Positions 9,630 to 20,143 of a DNA stretch of 64,000 nucleotides are shown here, piece by piece. The notes under the pieces were generated by a model, which worked only from the letters and a program-made list of their open reading frames with translations, had not been told where the DNA came from and ran no database searches. Each line of letters opens with the position of its first letter. Within the stretch, counting starts at the first letter, position 1. The position numbers and the translations under genes were made by a program. This stretch comes from Terriglobia bacterium (lineage in GTDB: Bacteria; Acidobacteriota; Terriglobia; 20CM-2-55-15): contig CAXWPJ010000002.1 of assembly GCA_963664115.2 (NCBI GenBank), forward strand, positions 128,001-192,000, given 5' to 3'.

Positions 9630-10496
9630 ATGGTTCGCGCATCTACAGCCCTGGCACTTCTGAAAGTCCTCATCACCGCAGCCTGGGCGGACTCCGAACT
9701 ATCACAATCCGAATTGAACTACATAAAGGAACTGGCCCGGCGTTTCGACCTGGACGACTCGGACTGGTTCGAACTCCAGCCTTACATTGAAGATCCGGTA
9801 TCCGAGGAGGAGCAGATTGCTGTAGTCCAGGATCTGTTATCGAGAATTGGATCGGCGTCGGAGCGGGAAACGGTAATCCGGCATATCGAAGGCGTCATCA
9901 GCGCCGATGACCGCGTAACCACCGAAGAAAAGGAACTCTTACGCCGCTACGAAGACATTCTGAAAGAGCCTTCATCCCTCGACTTGATGATGAGCCGCGT
10001 CAAGTACCTGTTCCAGTCGCCGCCACCCCAATCGAGAGTGGACGTTGACGAGTTCCTCAAAAACAAGATCCTTTTCAAGTTGCGCCGGAAGGTGGGCGAT
10101 GAGCAGATTACCCCCCAGATGCACCGACTGGCTCTGCTGGGCGGTTTGATGGGCATCGTTGCACACGCCGACCACGACATAAACGAACGCGAGTTACAGG
10201 AAATTCGACGGCGATTGTCCGAGCGCGGCAACTTCGACGAGAGCGCGCTCGATTTACTCCTGACAATTATTCACGAAGAAACCGTTCGCGGACTGGATCG
10301 CTACCGGATGATCAACGAGTATACCGGAAACGCGACACTGGAAGAGCGCACTGAGATCCTGGATCTTCTGTTTGCCGTCGCTGCCGCCGACGGTGGCCTG
10401 ACCCACGCCGAACTGGAAGAATTGCGGGCCATTTCTTCGGCCCTTCACCTGAGCCACAAGCAGTACATCAACGCCAAGATTCGCATAAAAGAATAA
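9630..10496 (+). CDS. Tandem TerB-like domain protein
   Basis: Repeated AAWAD..SE, VISAD..E, IVAHAD..E, AVAAADG..E motifs. Confidence 0.75.
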   Translation: MVRASTALALLKVLITAAWADSELSQSELNYIKELARRFDLDDSDWFELQPYIEDPVSEEEQIAVVQDLLSRIGSASERETVIRHIEGVISADDRVTTEEKELLRRYEDILKEPSSLDLMMSRVKYLFQSPPPQSRVDVDEFLKNKILFKLRRKVGDEQITPQMHRLALLGGLMGIVAHADHDINERELQEIRRRLSERGNFDESALDLLLTIIHEETVRGLDRYRMINEYTGNATLEERTEILDLLFAVAAADGGLTHAELEELRAISSALHLSHKQYINAKIRIKE

Positions 10497-10539
10497 CGTC
10501 ATTCCGGACTACCCGGACAATCATTCGCTTACCTCCGGA

Positions 10540-11181
10540 TCACACGATAACTCTCGGCTCGTGCATGGAGAACAGCCCTGCGACGGACCGAAAGGTCCCC
10601 AGGGCGGCCCGCTTGAACTGTGCGGGTTTCATCCGAATGAACTCATCGCAGTCGATACGCCGCCCAATGACGAGGTGACCGTCTTTTCGGCGGGTCACTT
10701 CTTTGCCCAGGCCGGCAAACTTGGTTTCCGACCATCCATTCAAGTCTGCCTCCGGTCGCTCGTCGTGCTCGTCCTTGAACCACGCCAATTTTTTCCCGGA
10801 TCCCAACATCAAGCATATCCCCCGGATGTCTCGTCGCCACTTCAGGGCCCATTCAGCTTTGTCGTAGTATTCCGGGCCAAGTTCAAAAAGCAATCGAACG
10901 CAGTTACGCGAGACCGCTATCTTGAAGTGGACGTCCTTCTTGTAACCCCGTTTGTCCGCGCCTAAAGCAGCCCATGTGTCATCTGGAGGATTGACCGTGC
11001 GGCGCATGTGTTTCGCCACATGCACGTGAAGGGGCCGGTCGACCAGGCTTGCTACACCCGGAGCGAGGGCCGCTCCGATATCAGAGAGTTTGGGTTGGAT
11101 CTCGCTGCGAAGCGCTGCCATCCGTTCTTCGAAATCGGAGATATCGAATACTTTGAAATCGTTTGACGTAAACAGGTTCAT
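10540..11181 (-). CDS. YktB/DUF1054 family protein
   Basis: HVAKHMRRTVNPPDDTWAA...RGYKK..HF. Confidence 0.85.
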   Translation of the reverse strand: MNLFTSNDFKVFDISDFEERMAALRSEIQPKLSDIGAALAPGVASLVDRPLHVHVAKHMRRTVNPPDDTWAALGADKRGYKKDVHFKIAVSRNCVRLLFELGPEYYDKAEWALKWRRDIRGICLMLGSGKKLAWFKDEHDERPEADLNGWSETKFAGLGKEVTRRKDGHLVIGRRIDCDEFIRMKPAQFKRAALGTFRSVAGLFSMHEPRVIV

Positions 11182-11326
11182 GTTCCCTCTTAAGATTTTC
11201 GCTGCCCCGCCTATTCTAAAGCATTGAATCGGACCCGACCCCACCATGTATCCCTGGAAGTCCGTCTTTCCGGGTCTGTCAGAACAATCCGGGACACCGG
11301 CGCTCAGATTCAGTACACTTTTACAG

Positions 11327-13159
11327 ATGTTCCGCGACCGCCGATTCCGACACGATTGCCTGGCACGGCCTTGCCTGGGATTTCTCATTGCGCTGCTGCT
11401 TCTCTCTCCATCTGCCCTTTCAGCGCAGGCGGTCTACGCCGCGAACCAGATCCCGGCCAATGGAGTCCAGATCGAGTGTCGAATTTCCATTGAAGACCCC
11501 CTCGCCCATCTCTATGCAGTAGAAATAGATATTCGGGGTATTCAAGCCGATGACCTCCAACTCGCAATGCCCGCCTGGGCACCGGGTGACCGTCGGATTC
11601 GGGACTTCGCCCGAAACGTCCAGAACTTTCAAGTTCGGTCCCGATCTGGAAATCGTAGCCTGAACTGGGAAAAGACAGACAAGCAAACCTGGGAAATTCT
11701 TAAACGGCCCGACGACGATGTGATCATCACCTACGATGTCTATTCAACGGGACTGACCGCGGAAATGGCAGACATCTCCGGCCCCGCGACATATATGTAC
11801 GTCGTTGGACACAAGCACGTTCCCGTCGCCCTCCGTTACGAGAAACCGCGCCCCTGGGATATTCACACGGGGCTTGAACGTCGCGGCGGCGCCTACCGGG
11901 CGCCCGATTACGATGTCTTCATCGACGCACCGGCCTTTGTCGGAGAGGCCCGAGTCCATGAATTCACGTCTGAGGATGTTCCCTATCGCCTCGTTTTCAG
12001 CGATCCGACTGTGGAGTTCAACGAAGAGCAACTCCTCACGGACATACAAGACATCGTTGAGGCGACCGTGCAACTATTCGGTTCCCCACCGCATAAGAGT
12101 TATACGTTTTTGTTCAAAATCATCCCAACAGCCGGAAGCAGCGGCCTCGAACATCTCAATTCGACGCGCATCACCGTCGGAAGAAACGATTTCGCCAGTG
12201 GGCTCCGGTACGAACGTTTCCTGTTTGTCGTCGCGCACGAATTTGTTCATGTTTGGAACGGAAAGCGTATTCGGCCCTCCTCCGAAAGCACGTTCGACTA
12301 CACGCGTGAAGCACCCACGCGTCTTCTCTGGCTAACGGAGGGCTTGACCAGCTACTACGCACGACTGCTGCTCGCACGTACGCGAATACTGCCGATCCAG
12401 GCCTACCAGGTCCAGCTCGCGCAGGAAATCAATCGGCTCCAGCATGCGCCCGGACGGTTTCTCATGAGCCTGGAGGAAGCCAGCTGGGAAGCCTGGGCCC
12501 CGAGCGACAACAGCGACAACAACAGCATTTCCTACTACACCAAAGGCGAGATCACGGGCTTTCTCCTCGACATCGAAATCCGGGCACGGACCGGAAGCGA
12601 AAAGAGTCTCGACGATGTCATGCGCTATCTCATGGAAACCTATGCCAACCAGGGTGTGGGCGTTCCCGAAGATGGCTTCCTGATGGCCTTGAATACGGTG
12701 GTAGGATCTGATTTTGAGCAGTTCTATGGGTCTGTGATCCAAAGCCGCACGGAGCTCGATTACACAAGCTACGCAGCTCAAGCGGGCTTTCGTGTAAGAG
12801 CCGATCGACAGCTCCCGACTCTATATATGGGAATTCAGTTTGTCGAAGCCGAAGGTGGACTGGCGCGTATTTCGAGAGTGATTCCCGATAGTCCGGCCTC
12901 GGCGGCCGGCCTGGATACCGGGGACATCCTGCTGGCCTTCGCTGACCGCCGCGTTACGTTCAGCAATTTCCAGGGTGAGTTCCGGCGACGGAAACTCGGA
13001 GAGACTATAGACCTGACCATTACGCGTGGAGACCGTATCCTTGTGTTGGAGTTCACACCCAGCGAAATCCAGGAAGAGACCTGGAGCATCGTAGACGAAC
13101 CTAATGCAACCGAGGAACAGATGGAGATCCGGAATCGCTGGATCGGAGAACTCAATTAA
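11327..13159 (+). CDS. M61 glycyl aminopeptidase with C-terminal PDZ domain
   Basis: GLEHLNS, AHEFVHVWN.KRIRP, WLTEGLTSYY, SYYTKG; PDZ SPASAAGLDTGD; start uncertain. Confidence 0.9.
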   Translation: MFRDRRFRHDCLARPCLGFLIALLLLSPSALSAQAVYAANQIPANGVQIECRISIEDPLAHLYAVEIDIRGIQADDLQLAMPAWAPGDRRIRDFARNVQNFQVRSRSGNRSLNWEKTDKQTWEILKRPDDDVIITYDVYSTGLTAEMADISGPATYMYVVGHKHVPVALRYEKPRPWDIHTGLERRGGAYRAPDYDVFIDAPAFVGEARVHEFTSEDVPYRLVFSDPTVEFNEEQLLTDIQDIVEATVQLFGSPPHKSYTFLFKIIPTAGSSGLEHLNSTRITVGRNDFASGLRYERFLFVVAHEFVHVWNGKRIRPSSESTFDYTREAPTRLLWLTEGLTSYYARLLLARTRILPIQAYQVQLAQEINRLQHAPGRFLMSLEEASWEAWAPSDNSDNNSISYYTKGEITGFLLDIEIRARTGSEKSLDDVMRYLMETYANQGVGVPEDGFLMALNTVVGSDFEQFYGSVIQSRTELDYTSYAAQAGFRVRADRQLPTLYMGIQFVEAEGGLARISRVIPDSPASAAGLDTGDILLAFADRRVTFSNFQGEFRRRKLGETIDLTITRGDRILVLEFTPSEIQEETWSIVDEPNATEEQMEIRNRWIGELN

Positions 13160-13169
13160 CCGGGGGCAA

Positions 13170-13400
13170 ATGATGGAAATCGAACTCATATACTGTCAGT
13201 CCTGAAACTATGAGCCTCAGGCGGTCAGCCTGATCGAGAAGCTCATCACGGAGTTCAAATCCAAAATCAAACGCTTTGTATTGGTGCCGTCCGACGGGGG
13301 GCGCTTCGAAGTGAGTGTGAACGGATCGCTCATATACTCGAAACTTGAAACCGGACGTTTTCCCGAGTACGACGAGATCCACCAGAAACTCCCAACCTAA
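13170..13400 (+). CDS. SelW/SelT/Rdx-family selenoprotein (CxxU)
   Basis: MMEIELIYCQS[TGA]NYEPQAVSL...LVPSDGGRFEVSVNGSLIYSKLETGRFPEYDEI; Rdx similarity continues after the TGA at 13203; SECIS-like hairpin. Confidence 0.88.
13217..13233 (+). promoter_or_regulatory. Putative bacterial SECIS element
   Basis: TCAGGC-GGTCA-GCCTGA stem-loop beginning 11 nt after the in-frame TGA. Confidence 0.75.
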
Positions 13401-13404
13401 GAAG

Positions 13405-13430
13405 GAAGGGCGGCCCGGAAGCCGCCCTTC
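13405..13430. terminator. Hairpin between convergent genes
   Basis: GAAGGGCGGC-ccggaa-GCCGCCCTTC. Confidence 0.7.
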
Positions 13431-13481
13431 AAACATTCATGTACAACTAGATATTTTATTTCTTATCCTTAAGTCCTGTCA

Positions 13482-16400
13482 CTAGTTGTTTCCATTTCCG
13501 CGGCCCGGATTGTCGTTTCCACCACCACCCTGGCCACTGTTCCCACCACCTTGGTTGTCCTTGTCTTGGCCTGGCGGCGTCTTGTCGTCACCCTTATCAG
13601 CGGGCGGATCCTCTTCTCCTCCCTGACCGCCGCCTCCTCGGCGGAATTGCGGTGGCAACTTGTCTTCGCCCTCATTCCGGCCCGGCGGCGTCTTGTCATC
13701 ATCCCCATCCTGGCCTGGCGGTGTCCGGTCGTCATCCCCATCCTGGCCTGGCGGTCTCCGGTCGTCGTTTTTACCCGGCCCACCCTTCCTGCCCGCGACC
13801 GACAAAATCTCTACGTTGGAACGGAGACTCCCGTTTTCAACGTGAACTCCGATATCCAAGGCTTCAGGAGGAGTCTCCGTCAACAGAACGACCAATGTCT
13901 TGTCGTCCACAAACTCCGGTATAAACACCCGGCTCTCGACTCTCCCTTCAAACGTTGCCGACATGACGACGATCGATTCCGCCGTAAACCCCTCTCCACG
14001 CACAGTAACGGAAATGTTTTCGCTTCCGGCCCCGATTGTCTTGGGATTCAGGGATCGAATGAGGGGAACCGCACCTTCGATCGTCAAGGACAAGGTTTCT
14101 TCCGACAGGCCTCCTCCCCCGGGATTACTTACCTGAACCGACTTCTGACCCCGAGCACTCAATATTTCGCGATCAAGGATTCCTACCAGTTCTTCCGTCG
14201 AATTAAAGAGGGTTTTGATCGCCATTCCATCAACAAGGATCTCCGAATTGCCTACAAAGCCCCCGCCCGCTACGGCGATAATCACGCGGCCTTTCGTGGG
14301 TGACAGCGTGGACGGGGTCAGTGAATCCAGAATGGGAGTCGTCGCGCGTATGACGAATGGGAGCCTGGCTTCATCGGATCCACCCCCGGGAGATGGACTG
14401 ACAACCCCGATTTGAAACGATCCAGCCCGTTTTAGAATGCCCCGATTAACGCGACCGATCAGCTCAGAATTGCTCACGAATTCTGTCGGAATACGCGTTC
14501 CGTCCACAGTGACAGCCGTGCGGCTCTCGAAGTTGGAACCCGTCACCGTCAGCGATATAGAAATGGAGTTAACAACTGCTTCCGTTGGAGAAAATCCATC
14601 GATCGCAGGCGGAACACCGGTGACTTGAATCGCAAACGGTGCGGAACCACCGCCCGGAGCGGGATTGGAAATCAAACCATTCAAACGCCCGGAACGTTCG
14701 ATGGCAGCCGGATCCAGTTTCAAGCTGATCGTATCGGCAGCCACCGCCACATCCATGGCGCCGTCAAGACGAACGCTTGTCAGCTCGGGTAGAAAGCCGC
14801 TTCCAGTTATCGTGATTTCGACCGGGCTGTCCGTACCCGCAGACACCTCGGACGGCGAGACGGCATCGACACGAGGTGGAGAGTGCCTCCGTTCAACGAC
14901 GGTAAAGATCAGTGATCCGGATACCTGGGATCCCGGGTTTTCGACAAAGACCGTCTTTTCTCCTGCAATTACGGCACTGGCAGGAACCCGGACAGTGAGC
15001 GTCTGTTGGGACAGGGCACCGGGAACCAAGAGCAGTCCATCGAAAGACACGACGGATGTCCGGTTGAAGTTATTACCTCTCAGCGTCAATACAACGTCCT
15101 TGTCCGCGATCGATTCGTCAGGAGACATACTGATCAGGACCGGGTCGGGACTCTCGACTTCGATATTCGTCACTTCCGGATCGGGCACGGAGCTGCCACC
15201 GCCCGGGCCGGGATTGGTGACGCCAATGTTGAAATTGATCGGCGCGAGTTGAGGGCTAATGAAAGCATTGCCATCGCCCTCGGTGATGGCCTGAGTCGAT
15301 GACCCAACTGCAAGCAGCGAATCGAGCAGGGACCCGAAAACAACAGCCGTCAACTCAGTTGAACTGATGAACGTCGTCGGTAAGGTTGCTCCGTTCAGGT
15401 TGACAACCGATGTGGGGAGGAACCCGGTTCCCCGAATCGTGAGCGTAACGCTGGTCACACCCAAGGGAAATGTTTTCGGCTCGATTTCTGTGATTTGGGG
15501 CTCGGGATTCGGAAGTCGGACGAAGGTGGCATCATTGCTTCCGAAGTTGGCGACAACCGCCAACTGCGCCCCGGGATCCACATCGACGCCAAACGCTGTA
15601 CTTCCGACAGGGACCTCGGCCAAAATCTGCAATTGCCCCAGGTTGATCACCGTCACTGTCGTGATCGCGCCGAGGCTTCCCTGCCCCCGAACAAACCCAC
15701 TGTTGCTGACGACCGCGTTGTTGGAGATCGGATCCACCGCCACTGCAGTCGGACCGTCCCCGACTTCCAGCGTGGCGATCACTGTCAACGACTCAAGGTC
15801 GATTACGGTGACCGTTCCGCCGTTGGCATTCGCGACCACAGCAACGTTCGTCGTCGGGTTGATTGCCACTGCACGTGGAAATTCTCCCGTTGGAACCTGC
15901 CCCACAATGGTTCCCTGCGCCAGATCGATGACTGAGACCTGCATTCCCGCACGTTGGGTGACGAGGGCACGCCCCGTCACCGGATTGACCGCGATACCTC
16001 CGGGCCGATTCTGAACGGGGATCGTGCCGGTAACCGCAAAGGTATTCAGATCGATCACGGCCACGCTGTCGTCCTCGCCGTTGACGACCAGAGCCTGGGC
16101 CTCACCGGGCACGATGGCAACACCGGCCGGAAATCTCCCGACTGCGACCGTCGCTACGACACTCCGGGATCCGATGTCGATAATGGACACATCGTTACTG
16201 CCAACGTTAGCTACGACCGCGAGGCCCAAATCGGGATCGACGTCGAGTTCTGTCGGACTGCGACCCACTTTCACCTGTCCCACGACCTGAAGTTCGTCGA
16301 CGTCAATGAAGAAGACACTGTCCGCCGATTCGCTGGCGACCAAAGCCAATCGTGACAGGGGATCGATCGCAACACCGGCGGGAAATCCTCCGACCCCCAC

Positions 16401-18416
16401 GCGCCCCACGATCAAGGGATTGTCCAGCGCTGGATTCACCTGGAAGTCCAACGAAGACGAGGTTCCTCCGCCTGGAGGTCCGGTAACGACACTGATCGCA
16501 AGCGTTGCCGTTTCGAATAAAGCTGCGGCCGGAAGCACCGCCTGGACCTCGACCGCGCTAACGAAAGTCGTCTGAACAGGTACCCCGTCGAGTTGGACAA
16601 CCGAAGTCGGGCTGAAGTTGGCCCCACCCACGCGCAGATTCAAGGTACTGCTGCCGGCGAAAGTCGCCGACGGCGTGACGAATAATAACGTCGGCGCCGC
16701 GGCTGCAACGACGCCGCCGCTTTCGAAACGGACTCCATCAACGTTCTCTAAAGCCAACTCTATCGTTTGTGTATCCGGGGAAAACTGAGCACCCGGAGCA
16801 CTCGGCCTGAGTGTGTAGGTTCCAGCCGGAAGTTGAGAAAACACGAATGCCCCAAAGCTATCGGTCGTTTCGCTCGTGTTCACCGGGCCTTCCAACGACA
16901 CAGTCACCCCGGAGACGCCCAGACCTGCCTGGGTCACGCTTCCCGTTATCGCCGAGGTCGTCTGCGCAGGCGGAACGAATGCGCCACCGGGAATCTGAGG
17001 GTTTACGTTGGCTAAGGAAAGTCCGTTCGTAGATCCCATCAATGCTGAAGCAATGAGCGCTTGGCTTGATGTGAGGTATGCCCAGACACGAGATTCGGCG
17101 GAGCTGGCCGGCACAAAGGAACTGAAAAGCCCTGATTCCGTTTGTCGAGGAGGAATCGTAATTGTTTCCCTGCCAACAGTGGTTCCATCGTCCCGAAGGA
17201 TAAACAGATCGACAACTGCTTCCTCGGTTCCCACATTGTTCAGGGTCAGACCCGTGAAGAACAGGTCGCTGTCGGCAAAGTGCGCGAAGACCAAATCTCG
17301 CGAGGCAGACACCACGTCAGTGCCCGACACCAGAGCAAACGATGAAGCCGTGAGGTTCCCTAAGCCGATGAACGTCGCCACCTGGCCCAAATCCGACTCA
17401 ACTTCTATCCAGCCCAGACGCAGCTCACCGGAGGGAAAACCGAACAATTCCTCGGCACTCAATCGGAACGATTCGTTGGGTTTGAGCGGTATACGGGCAG
17501 GGTTCGTTTCGCCACTCCATAGGGCTCCACCGGTCTGGTAGGCCGTCAACGTCACTTCCTGACCAATGCCTCCGGCATTCACAATACCGACGTGTGATAT
17601 CCACCCCGCGCCCGTAATAAATTGGGAAAGAATCGCCGTCGTCGAATTCTCTAAGGATTGGCCCGCCAGCATCACCGATTCCCTGCGCAGGGCGGGCGCT
17701 TCCGGAACCTGAAAATCCGCCACTAACTCTAAACCGGCAAGGGGACGATCAGACGTCACTCGCACATGCGATGCTTCGCTGAGGTCGATCGATTCGAACA
17801 CGTCCGTCAGTGTCTGACGGAGAAGCCCACGTGAGGGCACGACGAGTGATGCGGACCCAAGAGTTGATCCATCGCGAGCAAACAAAGTCGCCGACGCGTT
17901 GGCAAGCTCGGGGCTCGGATTTACAAGGGATAATTCCGTCGCCCCGATTCCGTCTTCAGAAACGAGCGGGAACAGAAATTCCGTTAGCGGTTCCGCGACC
18001 GCGGCGCCATCGAGGTCGGTCAGCGCGGAGTTACCATTGAGGAAGAAACCGGTCAATCCGGAAGTCGCACTTGCAGCCTCGACCCAGCCATTGAAGGGCG
18101 TATCGGTACCAAATATTTCCGGATAGATCCGCGTATACTGACCTCCCGCCGGAATTGCAATCGATACAGGATTCTCGACTCCGGACTCCGTTACCAATGA
18201 ACCGTCGGGATTCAGTGCCGTAAAAGTTACTGTGACCGATGAAGGTGTAGGATTGCTGATCGCGAGACCGGTAAAGACCCCGTCAGAAGTGATCACGCGT
18301 GGAAAATGAAGGACGCTCTGGGCCCGTGCTTCGCCTTCCACAGCCAGGGAAAGGCCACACACGGCCAAGCTCAGCAAGCAATATTTGAGTGGGTGCAACC
18401 TGCGAACGAAAGACAT
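13482..18416 (-). CDS. Large exported multidomain protein (carboxypeptidase-regulatory-like, IPT/TIG repeats, YVTN beta-propeller, PPGQD tail)
   Basis: Signal peptide; VANVGSNDVSIID/VGRFPAGVA YVTN repeats; multiple GxNF...NPxPGGGxS IPT units. Confidence 0.85.
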   Translation of the reverse strand: MSFVRRLHPLKYCLLSLAVCGLSLAVEGEARAQSVLHFPRVITSDGVFTGLAISNPTPSSVTVTFTALNPDGSLVTESGVENPVSIAIPAGGQYTRIYPEIFGTDTPFNGWVEAASATSGLTGFFLNGNSALTDLDGAAVAEPLTEFLFPLVSEDGIGATELSLVNPSPELANASATLFARDGSTLGSASLVVPSRGLLRQTLTDVFESIDLSEASHVRVTSDRPLAGLELVADFQVPEAPALRRESVMLAGQSLENSTTAILSQFITGAGWISHVGIVNAGGIGQEVTLTAYQTGGALWSGETNPARIPLKPNESFRLSAEELFGFPSGELRLGWIEVESDLGQVATFIGLGNLTASSFALVSGTDVVSASRDLVFAHFADSDLFFTGLTLNNVGTEEAVVDLFILRDDGTTVGRETITIPPRQTESGLFSSFVPASSAESRVWAYLTSSQALIASALMGSTNGLSLANVNPQIPGGAFVPPAQTTSAITGSVTQAGLGVSGVTVSLEGPVNTSETTDSFGAFVFSQLPAGTYTLRPSAPGAQFSPDTQTIELALENVDGVRFESGGVVAAAAPTLLFVTPSATFAGSSTLNLRVGGANFSPTSVVQLDGVPVQTTFVSAVEVQAVLPAAALFETATLAISVVTGPPGGGTSSSLDFQVNPALDNPLIVGRVGVGGFPAGVAIDPLSRLALVASESADSVFFIDVDELQVVGQVKVGRSPTELDVDPDLGLAVVANVGSNDVSIIDIGSRSVVATVAVGRFPAGVAIVPGEAQALVVNGEDDSVAVIDLNTFAVTGTIPVQNRPGGIAVNPVTGRALVTQRAGMQVSVIDLAQGTIVGQVPTGEFPRAVAINPTTNVAVVANANGGTVTVIDLESLTVIATLEVGDGPTAVAVDPISNNAVVSNSGFVRGQGSLGAITTVTVINLGQLQILAEVPVGSTAFGVDVDPGAQLAVVANFGSNDATFVRLPNPEPQITEIEPKTFPLGVTSVTLTIRGTGFLPTSVVNLNGATLPTTFISSTELTAVVFGSLLDSLLAVGSSTQAITEGDGNAFISPQLAPINFNIGVTNPGPGGGSSVPDPEVTNIEVESPDPVLISMSPDESIADKDVVLTLRGNNFNRTSVVSFDGLLLVPGALSQQTLTVRVPASAVIAGEKTVFVENPGSQVSGSLIFTVVERRHSPPRVDAVSPSEVSAGTDSPVEITITGSGFLPELTSVRLDGAMDVAVAADTISLKLDPAAIERSGRLNGLISNPAPGGGSAPFAIQVTGVPPAIDGFSPTEAVVNSISISLTVTGSNFESRTAVTVDGTRIPTEFVSNSELIGRVNRGILKRAGSFQIGVVSPSPGGGSDEARLPFVIRATTPILDSLTPSTLSPTKGRVIIAVAGGGFVGNSEILVDGMAIKTLFNSTEELVGILDREILSARGQKSVQVSNPGGGGLSEETLSLTIEGAVPLIRSLNPKTIGAGSENISVTVRGEGFTAESIVVMSATFEGRVESRVFIPEFVDDKTLVVLLTETPPEALDIGVHVENGSLRSNVEILSVAGRKGGPGKNDDRRPPGQDGDDDRTPPGQDGDDDKTPPGRNEGEDKLPPQFRRGGGGQGGEEDPPADKGDDKTPPGQDKDNQGGGNSGQGGGGNDNPGRGNGNN
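13557..13770 (-). repeat. Coding repeats DD(K/R)xPPGQD
   Basis: Repeated GGCCTGGCGG...GTCGTC units encoding PPGQ/PPGR. Confidence 0.75.
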
Positions 18417-18544
18417 GAGTGCTAACTACCCTATCCTCTGGACTCTTCAGTTTAGGCTGATGACGGGTAGGCTATAACGGGGCCCGAGGGATGTCAAAAG
18501 GCGATTCCTAGGAAGGAGGCTGAAGCGGCCACGGCCGGTCTGTT

Positions 18545-19336
18545 TCAAGCCCCGCCCAGATTGAGGGGATCACAGGGACCCGGGCCACGACCCAGACCGA
18601 GCCTGTTTCGAATGGCATCCGCGGTAAATACTTTCCCATCTTTGACGGCATCCGATAGAGCCTGCCCGCGCGCAAGATAAGCTGCAATTGCTGCGGATAG
18701 GACACATCCTGTCCCGTGCGACTCCGCGTGGTCGATGTGCTCGCCTGAGAGCCGCGCCATGGTCTGGCCATCGAAAAACACGTCCAGAGCCGTCACACCC
18801 TCCAGATGCCCGCCCGTAACCAGAACGCTCGCCCCGCTCAATTCGTAAATCCCTCGCGCCGCAGTTTCCATCTCGGACGGCGTCCGGACCCTCTGGCCCG
18901 ATAAAGCTTCAGCCTCGTTCAGATTGGGTGTCACAAGGGTGCACAGCGGAAGCAATTGTGTACACAAGACTCCTAGTGCATCGGAATCAAGCAAGGTCGC
19001 CCCTGAACTGGAGGTGATGACGGGATCCAGGATCACCAGACGGCAGTCGTATTGAGCTAAGGTCTGTTGAACGATTTCCACGTTGTCTCGAGAGGACAAC
19101 ATGCCGATCTTGACGGTGGTGGGCGGAATGTCGCCGAGCACGGCGTCGAGTTGCCCGGCCAATGCCCCGTCGGGCAGGGGGAACACTTCACGTACGCCCT
19201 CAGTGTTCTGAGCTGTAAGCGCTGTAACCACTGCCATTCCGTAGACACGCAAAGCGGAAAAGACTTTCAGATCCGCCTGAATCCCGGCACCTCCACTCGG
19301 GTCGGATCCCGCGATCGTCAAGACCGTCGGTATCAC
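18545..19336 (-). CDS. thiD: Hydroxymethylpyrimidine/phosphomethylpyrimidine kinase
   Basis: LTIAGSDPSGGAGIQADLK, TPNLNEA, HGTGC. Confidence 0.95.
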   Translation of the reverse strand: MIPTVLTIAGSDPSGGAGIQADLKVFSALRVYGMAVVTALTAQNTEGVREVFPLPDGALAGQLDAVLGDIPPTTVKIGMLSSRDNVEIVQQTLAQYDCRLVILDPVITSSSGATLLDSDALGVLCTQLLPLCTLVTPNLNEAEALSGQRVRTPSEMETAARGIYELSGASVLVTGGHLEGVTALDVFFDGQTMARLSGEHIDHAESHGTGCVLSAAIAAYLARGQALSDAVKDGKVFTADAIRNRLGLGRGPGPCDPLNLGGA

Positions 19337-19486
19337 GACAACTCCCCGAAGCCGCTTCGACCGTACTGAAAGATACCGGGCCCCATCACGGCATTATATC
19401 GTTGGATAGATAGGAGGGCAGACAGGCGTCGGGCTGAACCGGCTGGTTTCGGGGCTACTTGAGCCGAGGACTGATACAATATCCGG

Positions 19487-20104
19487 GTGTTACCGAGAAC
19501 ATTCATGACGTTCATATGTTTGCTGTTTATCACGGCTTTCGGGTTCTCTCAGGTTCCTGCCGGCCCCCCTTTTGATAGCGCCACGCATCCCAATCCGATC
19601 GTAACCTTCGCAGAGAACGCTGACTTCATGCCCACAACATACGAGGTGGCAGTCGAGGATGCCGGCATTGAGATTCTCGGGCTCTCCTCTAATGAAGGCA
19701 CTCGGGAGAGTATTGAAATTGCGGCGGGTAGAGTCGACGAAGTAAAGATTCTCGGCCGAGACAGGGAGACCCTTTTCTACCCCGTTGTGCGCCAGCATTT
19801 CCAGTTGCATGACGGCGGTGTCCTCACCCTCTATTCGTTCAGAAACCCGAAACCGGACATTCCGGATCGTTTTCTGGTCTCGACGCTCAACCAACATGCC
19901 TTCGCGAGGGAAGACGATCCCGAAAAAAACCGCTTTGGAGCCAGTGCCCGGCCCGCTCAACTCGCTGTCCTCGGAGCACCGGCACTCTTATTCGACAACG
20001 AGGGTAAACTGACTTTATTCTGGCAGGATTCGAACGTCTCACACGTGGTCGATTCCACGATCGAACGCGGGGCTCTCCTGCGCCTTGTCGAAGACCTTCT
20101 CTAA
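19487..20104 (+). CDS. Exported hypothetical protein
   Basis: Signal-peptide-like N-terminus; fills the gap before lptFG. Confidence 0.6.
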   Translation: MLPRTFMTFICLLFITAFGFSQVPAGPPFDSATHPNPIVTFAENADFMPTTYEVAVEDAGIEILGLSSNEGTRESIEIAAGRVDEVKILGRDRETLFYPVVRQHFQLHDGGVLTLYSFRNPKPDIPDRFLVSTLNQHAFAREDDPEKNRFGASARPAQLAVLGAPALLFDNEGKLTLFWQDSNVSHVVDSTIERGALLRLVEDLL

Positions 20105-20143
20105 ACGGAAATCACACTGAAACTCTATTAACTGAGTGAACAT

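Noticed and set aside
13557-13770. CRISPR-like 33-bp periodic repeats
   Set aside because: In-frame coding repeats (PPGQD) of the large surface protein
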